A DNA stretch of 64,000 nucleotides from Desulfobacterales bacterium. Its GTDB lineage: Bacteria; Desulfobacterota; Desulfobacteria; Desulfobacterales; UBA5852. The stretch covers positions 64,001 through 128,000 of the forward strand of contig CAXXVS010000001.1 of assembly GCA_963674755.2 (NCBI GenBank), given 5' to 3'. The position numbers were made by a program, and so were the translations under genes. Under the pieces are notes generated by a model. The model was given only the letters and a program-made list of their open reading frames with translations. It did not search any database and was not told the DNA's origin. Shown piece by piece: positions 18,502-26,086 of the stretch; within the stretch, counting starts at the first letter, position 1; every line of letters begins with the position of its first letter.

Positions 18502-19584
18502 TTAAATATCCATAGTAAATATTTCTTTTATTTGATTGAGGACCCATTGCAAAGGGTAAATGAAGCTTGGCGCATGGGTTCTAGTCTCAATTGATCGTGC
18601 GGCCAGCGCCATGAAAGCCACTTCCTTGGCTGCCGCTTTTTGCTCATCCCATCCAGAGGCCTCCTCAATTTTTTTCCTGGAATCAGGTAGCAACTTGCAA
18701 AGTTGCGTCATGACATCCCGTGGGAATATCCCCTGGCCTGGATCCCCTTCCCCAACTATGGTTAATTTTTGGGTTAATTTCCCGTCCCTTTTACTTTTCA
18801 AGGTCTCAAAATCTGTAAATTTTTCCGGATCCTGTGAGTCTATTGATAGGACAGCTATCAATTTTTGATATCGTCCAAGTATCCCAACCGCCATATATGA
18901 CTGTATTTTACTCTTATCTGAGCTCAATGATTCATAAATATCATTATCCGTAATTCCAAAATTTTCTTTAAAAAATCTTCTCGTGGCTTTTTCATCTTTT
19001 AAAATCGCGACCGGAATGTTGCCTATTTGGATGCTATTTAAAATCTCATCAACTTTAGTTCCTGAAGAGGCAGTATCCCAGGCTTTACCAGGAATTCCTT
19101 GGCCTTTTCTAAAAAAAGCCTTACCTTCTTCAAAATCACTATCTCCGATTCCGTAACTGATTCTTTCGTAAATTTTCAGCTTATTCTTATATGGGATGAA
19201 AAGAGAGGCTCTGCACGTTCCACGCCATTCATAGTGATCCATTAAAAATGTGATTAACTGTTTAATCAGTTCTTTCTTAAATTCAAAGCCAACGATATTT
19301 GATTTTGATAAATAGAACTCCTTGAAGAGATTAATTGCTGATAAAATGGCAATGAGCCAAGCAAATATATTGAAGAGCATTAAAAAAGAATGAAAGACCG
19401 TGGCATCAAGTAGATTCACGTCAATACTATAGAAATTAAGCAGGCTTCTAACGATTAAATCGGATAGGCAGGGGAGGATAATTAATAGTAAGGTGAGGTA
19501 AAACTGAAGGCCACTGAGCGTCTTTAGGAGTCGGGCCTTTTTGTAATGCTTAAGTCTGAGTAGGTTAAGAATAGATGTGAACAT
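18502..19584 (-). CDS. Membrane protein, two N-terminal TM helices plus GAF-like domain (AT-rich cargo)
   Basis: Two hydrophobic stretches; RASLFIP, F..GQGIPGKAW, SYMAVGI..IAVLSIDS GAF-like pattern; RBS GAGGA. Confidence 0.65.
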   Translation of the reverse strand: MFTSILNLLRLKHYKKARLLKTLSGLQFYLTLLLIILPCLSDLIVRSLLNFYSIDVNLLDATVFHSFLMLFNIFAWLIAILSAINLFKEFYLSKSNIVGFEFKKELIKQLITFLMDHYEWRGTCRASLFIPYKNKLKIYERISYGIGDSDFEEGKAFFRKGQGIPGKAWDTASSGTKVDEILNSIQIGNIPVAILKDEKATRRFFKENFGITDNDIYESLSSDKSKIQSYMAVGILGRYQKLIAVLSIDSQDPEKFTDFETLKSKRDGKLTQKLTIVGEGDPGQGIFPRDVMTQLCKLLPDSRKKIEEASGWDEQKAAAKEVAFMALAARSIETRTHAPSFIYPLQWVLNQIKEIFTMDI

Positions 19585-19786
19585 ATCCTCAGATCAGGTT
19601 TTGGTTAACCTTTTTGGGATCAGATATTTTTGAGCCATGTCTGGCATAATTTGAAGGATTGCAGCTGGAGGGATTTCTTGCCGCCTGAAAATACTATATT
19701 TTATGCAGTTAGCAAGAAATTCTTAATATGTAAAGACTTTTTTTGATGCTTCATTTGCGGCATTGCTCAATAGATCAAGACCAAAA

Positions 19787-20899
19787 TCATTCTAAGGGTT
19801 TGATAAGTCCAATAGTCTTACGCCTCAAGCGGTTGGTAACATGCTGATAGTGTTTCCGCAAGGTCTCCGGCGAGCTTCCAACGATCGCAGCCACGGCGCC
19901 GATGTCGGCACCCTCCTCGAGGGCGGCGGTGATGAAATTGTGGCGCATATCGTACGGTCTCAGGCGGCGCTTGATGCCGGCGCGGATCAGGGCGTTTTCC
20001 CAGGCGGTTTTGATGCTGCCGACCGGTTTGTCGCGGTAGCGGATAATCGGACCCTTTTTGCCGTCCTGTTTCCACCAGGTTTTCAGTTCTGAGATAAAGC
20101 CTTCGTGGATGGGGACATGGCGGCGGTCCATGCCGCCCTTCTCGGCGGAAATAACCTCGATGGTGTTGGTGTCCCAGTTGACTGCGTCCCAGGTGAGGCC
20201 CAGCATTTCGACGGCGCCGGGGCGCATGCCCATGTAGTAGCTGAGCTTGATGAAGCGCACCAGGTGGGGCTCGGCCGCTTTCAAAATGGCCCGGGTTTCG
20301 GCCATGGACGGCGGACGGATATCGACCCGCTCTGGCCTGGGCTTTTTGAAATCCCGCACGGGATTGTAGGAGATCAAGGGGGGCTCCTGGCTAACCGCCC
20401 AGTTGAGGATCGCTTTCACGTCGGTTAGCTCGCGGTGGATGGTGGCGTCGCTGATGGGCTTTTGGATACGTTTGCCTTCCAGCTTCTTGCGCCACTTTTT
20501 GACCGACTTGATGGTGGTGCGATCGATGACTGTCCGCGTGGCTTTACGTCGCTCGGCCACGTAGCGCCGCATGTCCTCATGGCTGATCTGGGTGGCCACC
20601 ATGGTGCCGAAAAAGGGAAGGATGTTAGCAGAGAGCCGATAACCGAGCATTCTGCGGCTGTTGACGTTGAATTCCTTCTCCTGCATGTAGCTCACGGCCA
20701 GCTGGGAGAAGAGGGGGCCGCTGGGCTTTTCTTTGGTGCGCCGGCGGCCGAAGCCAAGCTCGTCATTACGCACCCGGGCAGAGGCCTCAGCCTTAGCACC
20801 GTGGCCGAAATATTCCCGTGTGCGATTGGGATCGTCCGGGATCGTTCCCTTGCGATACCGGACGATCCAGCGCCCGTCTTTTAGTTGGTGGACCGCCAT
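19787..20899 (-). CDS. Tyrosine recombinase/integrase
   Basis: N-terminal arm-binding beta strands (DGRWIVRY), GMR..E, K, YDMRH, and HY catalytic tyrosine. Confidence 0.9.
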   Translation of the reverse strand: MAVHQLKDGRWIVRYRKGTIPDDPNRTREYFGHGAKAEASARVRNDELGFGRRRTKEKPSGPLFSQLAVSYMQEKEFNVNSRRMLGYRLSANILPFFGTMVATQISHEDMRRYVAERRKATRTVIDRTTIKSVKKWRKKLEGKRIQKPISDATIHRELTDVKAILNWAVSQEPPLISYNPVRDFKKPRPERVDIRPPSMAETRAILKAAEPHLVRFIKLSYYMGMRPGAVEMLGLTWDAVNWDTNTIEVISAEKGGMDRRHVPIHEGFISELKTWWKQDGKKGPIIRYRDKPVGSIKTAWENALIRAGIKRRLRPYDMRHNFITAALEEGADIGAVAAIVGSSPETLRKHYQHVTNRLRRKTIGLIKPLE

Positions 20900-20911
20900 A
20901 ATGAATCTATC

Positions 20912-21124
20912 TCAAGTTTTGGACAGCCTGTCCACAGAGCAGTGCTCACTATCAACGCCCTCCCTGGCGTTTTTTCTCGATTTGATCTCTGTTGGATTAG
21001 CTTTACAAAAGGCGCGTATAAAAATTTTTTCAATCTCTCTTGCCCGCCGGGCAACTCTTTCACGTCTAAGCTTTTCCTCAACACGCTCGACACGAAAGTC
21101 ATCTAATACGATCAATTTCCCCAT
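20912..21124 (-). CDS. Small basic hypothetical protein (70 aa) directly upstream of the integrase
   Basis: Strong RBS AAGGAGG before ATG 21124. Confidence 0.55.
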   Translation of the reverse strand: MGKLIVLDDFRVERVEEKLRRERVARRAREIEKIFIRAFCKANPTEIKSRKNAREGVDSEHCSVDRLSKT

Positions 21125-21134
21125 TTGAACCTCC

Positions 21135-21280
21135 TTTAAAAACAAAACGCGCCGAGTGCTCTCAAGCCCCAATAAGGCTCCCCGGCCCTCACGGAATCCG
21201 GGACACTCGGCGCGCGTCATTTTTAAAGACTAAATAAAAATTCCAGATAACGGACTGGAAGCCGTATTGGGTTTGAGAGG
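21135..21280 (-). ncRNA. Structured leader RNA resembling phage P4 CI / P1 C4 antisense modules
   Basis: 11-bp perfect stem 21148-58/21204-14 enclosing a CC-GTGA-GG hairpin and a segment (21159-74) complementary to 21265-79. Confidence 0.5.
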
Positions 21281-21501
21281 GTTTAATTATTACCCAATCC
21301 AACAGCGGAGATCAAGTAAAAAGAAACGGCTCGAAATCGGCCATGGTTAGTGTAAGCGTTAACCCGAGATCGTCCAATAAACGTGAAATGGCGCCGTCGG
21401 TTTTACGGGCCGTGCTATAAAAAGTGGCAAAATAGATGTTTAGGACTATAATTTATTTCAAAAGCTGCAAGAGGCCTTCTGATAATTAATTTCCATAGTG
21501 G

Positions 21502-21735
21502 CTAAGGGCATTGCAGCTTAGATAATCTTCTCTTTCCTTCAAGCATACGATAGCGCCGATACAATCCAGGCTTAAAGATCGCCCATAGGAGAAGATAAAA
21601 ATTCGTGCCGTCGCCGTACCCCGGGTTGCGATTCGCCCGAAAGCAAAGACATCCGTCGCAATCAAGGTCATCATCATTGGCCCTGGCGACGGTCATTAAG
21701 CAGTCCGCATACCGTTTGCAATCCGGTTTTCGCAT
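21502..21735 (-). CDS. Small Cys-rich (putative Zn-binding) protein
   Basis: C-x5-C...CDGC pattern, 77 aa, co-oriented with the element. Confidence 0.5.
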   Translation of the reverse strand: MRKPDCKRYADCLMTVARANDDDLDCDGCLCFRANRNPGYGDGTNFYLLLWAIFKPGLYRRYRMLEGKRRLSKLQCP

Positions 21736-21981
21736 GGCATGAAAATAGGGTGTGGGCGGGTTACCCCGCCCGTGGCAATGAGGGGCATCAAAAGGAAATG
21801 GTCATCGCGGACCCCAAATGCCTCACCCACCACGACCCGCGATCACCCGCACGTTGATTATGGCGCCTTTTTTACGGTTGACGAGACCGCCAGGGATGGC
21901 CCCATGACCTAAATGCTTTTCCCTGTAGACGCAGGCGGGGAGGGTGCCGGGAAGAGCACAAACCGCCTGCGCCTAAGTCTG

Positions 21982-23808
21982 TTACGGAGCGTTATGGCCT
22001 GCACAGAAGGCGCCGGCCTGGCGAACGCCTAAATCGCAATCAAACAGCGCCCGGACGCGGACGTTGCCGGAAGTAAATCCCGTATAGGGATCAGCCAGCA
22101 GCTCCAGGACACCCCAGTGACCGATAAGCAGCTGGGAGAAGTCGCCCAAAAGAATATACCCGGTGGGCATCTGGTTGGTAGCAAAAGCCCGATAGCCGTT
22201 CACGCGCCCTTCGCCGGGCTCCGCGCTGTTCTCCCACACAAAAACGGGATAACCGGCAATTTTGGGTTGGGTCTTTAAGCCTTTGCAAAGCGCCGGCGTC
22301 GTGAGATATGCGCAGCCCTTGGGATCTACGTTGGCGGTCAGGACATCTTCTTCAAGCTCGCAGACTTCCGCAAACGTGGGGGTGTCCGCCACAAAGTCCA
22401 CGACGCCGATACCCGTGGTGACCAGGATCCCGGATGGCTGATTGTCCGCACCGGTACCGTTGATGCCGGCGGAATCCACCGCAACGGCCACCGTGTCAGC
22501 CAGGTCCTGGCGGACCAGGTTTTCAATGTCCGGACTGGACTGGACCAGCATCCGGTGGGAGAACTCCACCAGGCCGGCAACGGTGTGCGGCGTCAAGGGA
22601 ACAGCGCCGAACGCCGGAGTGGATTCGGTGATTTCTCCGGATCCGTCGTTGGCGATCCAGTAGGCCGAGGCCGCCCCTGTTTTTTTAGGGATGGACACAT
22701 TGCCGATAAGGCCGGAAATGATCCGCGCCCCCAGGGCTTGCAGCAGCATGCGGTTGCGCAGCACGTCAATAAACTGGTCGGCAAGGTGCTGTGTTTCGAC
22801 CAGGTTGCTTCCGGTGCCGGCATAGGTGATGTCACGCCGGCCGTATGTCTTCTGAATATCCAGGGGAATCAGAATGCCCTTGGCTTCCCGGCCGAGCTTT
22901 TTGGCCGTAGCTTCCGAGCATTCCAGCTCGAAGCCGGCATGACGGGCGAACTTGTGGTCAACCAACGCCAGGATTGCATTGGATATGCTGTAGCGCTGCA
23001 TTTCGCGTCCGGACAGGCCGAGCTCGAAGCCTCCCATCCCTGCATACATGGTATCGCCGGCCGGAAAAGGTCCCGAAACCATGGGACGTGCATTCGCCCC
23101 ACTCCGATCCATGACAAAGTTGCGGAACTCATCGAGCGTCTTTCCCTGTTCCATAAACTCCAATGCTTCCTTTTGGAGGCCGGTTCGTTTGCCGATGGCG
23201 ATGATTTCAAGATGGTCATTACTCAGATTGCCGTTGTCTCTGGTGGTCGCGGATGCGCCTTTCATTGGAAACTCCCTCCGTTCAATAATCGTTTCGAATT
23301 TATCACCGCCGGCGGCCGCCCGTCCGAAGCCCACGGAAATATCGGCTGGGACCGCCACAATCGAAATTTCGAGCGGCTCCCAGTCGGTGGCACGGAAAAT
23401 AGGGTTGTCCGGATCCGACTCCTCCTGAACCATTTTATGGATACAATATCCGACTGATACATTCTGACGGATACCGTCGATGACATCCTGATAGATTTCT
23501 TCTCCTGCATCCGACTTCGAGAAACGCACTGTGGCCCGGCACTTGCCGCCCTGTATCTTGGCATCCTCGACAACCCCGACCTGCTTCCCGGTGTCATGAT
23601 CCAGGAGCACGGCGCCGCCCCTTTTGATGCGATCCAGGCGAACGGATCCCGGGCGATGGTCAAGGATTTCGGTGCCGAAATAGCGCTCGAAGGGGTCTTC
23701 TGAGGAAAAGGAAAGATTCAGTGTCCGATCTTTTTTCCGGGCACGCTGGACCTGGTCAATTTTTACATCGCGGAATAGTTTGGATGGCGTTTGGATCTTG
23801 CGAGGCAT
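21982..23808 (-). CDS. Prohead protease / HK97-fold major capsid protein fusion
   Basis: N-terminal LSFSSE, LLDHD, VSVGY, PLEISIVAVPAD (caudoviral prohead protease); C-terminal capsid patterns QSSPDIE, GTG..NQPSGI, GDFSQL. Confidence 0.92.
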   Translation of the reverse strand: MPRKIQTPSKLFRDVKIDQVQRARKKDRTLNLSFSSEDPFERYFGTEILDHRPGSVRLDRIKRGGAVLLDHDTGKQVGVVEDAKIQGGKCRATVRFSKSDAGEEIYQDVIDGIRQNVSVGYCIHKMVQEESDPDNPIFRATDWEPLEISIVAVPADISVGFGRAAAGGDKFETIIERREFPMKGASATTRDNGNLSNDHLEIIAIGKRTGLQKEALEFMEQGKTLDEFRNFVMDRSGANARPMVSGPFPAGDTMYAGMGGFELGLSGREMQRYSISNAILALVDHKFARHAGFELECSEATAKKLGREAKGILIPLDIQKTYGRRDITYAGTGSNLVETQHLADQFIDVLRNRMLLQALGARIISGLIGNVSIPKKTGAASAYWIANDGSGEITESTPAFGAVPLTPHTVAGLVEFSHRMLVQSSPDIENLVRQDLADTVAVAVDSAGINGTGADNQPSGILVTTGIGVVDFVADTPTFAEVCELEEDVLTANVDPKGCAYLTTPALCKGLKTQPKIAGYPVFVWENSAEPGEGRVNGYRAFATNQMPTGYILLGDFSQLLIGHWGVLELLADPYTGFTSGNVRVRALFDCDLGVRQAGAFCAGHNAP

Positions 23809-23911
23809 GCGACCCCCTCCCGGATAGAGAAGAATTAAGGTGATGCCTTGCGTTTTTCATATTTTGGGGTGTCAGGGGAAGCACCAGCGCCGCCAATGGC
23901 ACGGATGGCAC

Positions 23912-24130
23912 TTAAAGTTGATTTGTGCGGCCTGTTTCGAGGGAAAATGCGGCTTCCTGCCGGCGAATATAGTCATTAAGGCTGTCCTCGCGCACCCGTA
24001 TGCAGCGCTGTCCGAAGCGTGCCGCCACGATCGCGCCGCTTTCGATCAGCCGGTAAGCGGCCCGTTTGGAAATATCCAGGCGCTCGGCAACGGTCGTAGG
24101 CCTCAGCCATTTGGTTTTAGTAGAAGACAT
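23912..24130 (-). CDS. Excisionase/AlpA-like HTH DNA-binding protein
   Basis: WLRPTTVAERLDISKRAAYRLIESGAIVAARFGQRCIRV, an HTH_17-type pattern. Confidence 0.85.
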   Translation of the reverse strand: MSSTKTKWLRPTTVAERLDISKRAAYRLIESGAIVAARFGQRCIRVREDSLNDYIRRQEAAFSLETGRTNQL

Positions 24131-24159
24131 CCGCCCCCGCTTGAACATCCTTTCCAAAA

Positions 24160-24485
24160 CGGAAATGGTCCTGCTGGTCCTGGCCTGGTCATGCGGCCGT
24201 CATTTACCGCAATAAACTGAATCTATAGGGAAAATTAAAAAGCGTTCGGTGCTCTGGACAAAAAAAGACCAGATCCTGAAATCTATTTATATAAAAATAT
24301 ATTTTTTTTATTTACTTCTTTATTTTGGCTAATAAAGGTCCTAAAGGTCTCAAGATAGCGAAATAATTAAAAATCGAAACTGGACCATGCCAGGACCATA
24401 GATGCTTTTTTGGTAAATTAGCCAACAGTTTTTAGGACTATTAGGGGTATTGTCCTATTCAATCATCCTAAATGGTCCTATGGGA
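24160..24485. other. Putative replication origin (AT-rich core with GGTCCT-like iterons)
   Basis: TGGTCCT 24166, 24175, 24473; AGGTCCT 24336; inverted TGGACCA 24381, AGGACCA 24392, AGGACTA 24434; AT-rich core around 24280-24330. Confidence 0.55.
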
Positions 24486-24493
24486 GCACCCGT

Positions 24494-25039
24494 TTAGGCC
24501 GCTTTACTGGCTTGGTAGGCCCTCCCCTGGGCGGTCAGCCGCAGGCCAAGATAGAAGACGATCGATCGCTTTTCACGCTGGAAATGCTTGCCGAACTCGA
24601 CGCCAAATCGTTTCCAGCTGGGCGGATCCTCGCCGGCGGTCGACTCCCACCACCTGCGAAAGGCCTCATACACCTGGCGAGCCGGCACCCGCGATCCGTC
24701 CGGAGCCGGCGAAATGCAGACCTTCGCGAAGTCGACCACGGCCCGCGCCAGGCCCTGGTCATCACCACAGCTCGGCAGCGGCTCATATCGTCCCGCCAGG
24801 GCGCCGGCAAGCTTGGCCGCGTTCCGCCTGGTGGCCCTTGCTTGGTCGGCTGCCAGGGATGCCTGGCGCTCGATGGCGGCCGCTGCGGCAAGGAAGCCCT
24901 TCATCCCTCGCTCGGCATCGAGGCGGCCGGCCTGGTAGCCTTCCGCAAATATTTCCTCGCAAATCCGTGGGAACCGTCTTTTGATGCTTTCAACGGTTGG
25001 GGTCTCCACTTGGTCAAGCAGGCTTATTTTTTTCCCCAT
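24494..25039 (-). CDS. Protein with C-terminal D5/P4-primase-type winged-helix DNA-binding domain, without primase or helicase domains
   Basis: F...C....V....VYEAFRRWW...GE.P.S.KRFG..F......R.....YLGLRL; RBS GAGGTG. Confidence 0.7.
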   Translation of the reverse strand: MGKKISLLDQVETPTVESIKRRFPRICEEIFAEGYQAGRLDAERGMKGFLAAAAAIERQASLAADQARATRRNAAKLAGALAGRYEPLPSCGDDQGLARAVVDFAKVCISPAPDGSRVPARQVYEAFRRWWESTAGEDPPSWKRFGVEFGKHFQREKRSIVFYLGLRLTAQGRAYQASKAA

Positions 25040-25096
25040 GGGGACACCTCATTCCATTTTCCATTCCATTTTCAATTTTCACCTGGGCACTTTGAT

Positions 25097-25142
25097 CGCG
25101 ACCGGCCAAACCGCATATGGCGACCTCTGAGGAAGGACCCGC
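25097..25142 (-). other. Candidate lambda-type cos packaging site (cosQ-cosN)
   Basis: Minus strand GCGGGTCCTTCC...ATGCG-GTTTGGCCGGT-CGCG; GGGTCCT equals lambda cosQ, with similar spacing. Confidence 0.5.
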
Positions 25143-25310
25143 TGTGCCGATTGCCATTTTAGGACCTTTGGCTAGTCTGCCTGAAAGGTGAGGAGGCGGG
25201 GCGACGGCGACGGCGGACAGCTTTGAAGAGGAATCCTGTCTATTTTGATTCCATCCAAAGTAGCAATGTAGATCAGTAGCCGACATGCCCCAACTCCCCT
25301 TTGGCAATCT

Positions 25311-25679
25311 TCATGGAAGAGTCATAATTGTGAGTGGTTTACCAGAGGCTTTTGCCTTCTCGCGTGAATCTGGCGTTGACATGGCTTTCAACTGTTGGCC
25401 AAGTCGCTGCATCTCTTTTTCGATCTCATTAGAATCAAATCCTAACGCTTCCATTTTAAAACCCACGCTCCTAATCTTTGAATCGGCGTTTATTTCCTTT
25501 GGATCAATTCCGGCCTCTCCATACCAATAAGCGAGCTTTTGACGACGGAAGAACGCCTCCTTCTCAATCAATTTGGACAGGAGTTTGGGAATAGCAATTC
25601 CAGACTCTCCCGCCATTTGTTGAAGCTTTTCGTGCGTGTCATCCTGCAGCCTTACTGAAACAACTTTCGTCGGTGACAT
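25311..25679 (-). CDS. Ribbon-helix-helix (CopG/Arc-like) regulator
   Basis: TKVVSVRLQDDTHEKLQQMAGESGIAIPKLLSKLIE; RBS AAGGAGG. Confidence 0.75.
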   Translation of the reverse strand: MSPTKVVSVRLQDDTHEKLQQMAGESGIAIPKLLSKLIEKEAFFRRQKLAYWYGEAGIDPKEINADSKIRSVGFKMEALGFDSNEIEKEMQRLGQQLKAMSTPDSREKAKASGKPLTIMTLP

Positions 25680-25880
25680 AAATCCTCCTTTTGGAATTGA
25701 ATACAAATAATTACAAACGTAGTCGTATAGACTACAAAAGTCAATGAAAATTGTCAGAACATCTGGAGGCATCGAGTTGTGAAGATAAATTTCTTTTTCC
25801 CTGGTGAAGCTAATTTTTTGTGGGGGGTGTGGGGTAAAGGAGGATATCGGACAGACAAATGGTAACACCTGTGTTACCAA

Positions 25881-25923
25881 AAACACTTAGGGCCGCCTCG
25901 TTGAGAAGCGGCCCTAAGTGTTT
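25881..25923 (-). terminator. Element-supplied terminator downstream of tRNA-Val
   Basis: 16-bp perfect inverted repeat AAACACTTAGGGCCGC/GCGGCCCTAAGTGTTT. Confidence 0.75.
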
Positions 25924-25933
25924 GTTCTCATTA

Positions 25934-26008
25934 TGGTAGGCACGATTGGATTTGAACCAACGACTTCTACCGTGTCAGGGTAGCGCTCTCCCCCTGAGCT
26001 ACGTGCCT
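25934..26008 (-). tRNA. tRNA-Val(GAC)
   Basis: Cloverleaf AGGCACG...CGTGCCT-A-CCA, anticodon loop CTGACAC, GGTTCAAATCC T arm. Confidence 0.95.
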
Positions 26009-26086
26009 ATAAACTGTAAAAGGGGCAATTAGCACCCCGGGCCGGTCCTGTCAAGGGAAATAGCGAATTCCCAACAATGTCAACGC

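Larger units (their letters stand above)
18002..25980 (-). mobile_element. Integrated phage-satellite-like element (7932-bp unit) in tRNA-Val(GAC)
   Basis: 47-bp direct repeats, tyrosine integrase, excisionase-like HTH, protease-capsid fusion; all genes on the minus strand. Confidence 0.9.

Noticed and set aside
21982..23808. Encapsulin or gene transfer agent
   Set aside because: It carries a phage prohead protease and lies between att sites with an integrase; no cargo enzyme or GTA structural cluster is present.
25014..25307. 97-aa minus-strand ORF in the satellite
   Set aside because: No recognisable motif; it overlaps the cos-like site and short repeats, so it is more likely non-coding.
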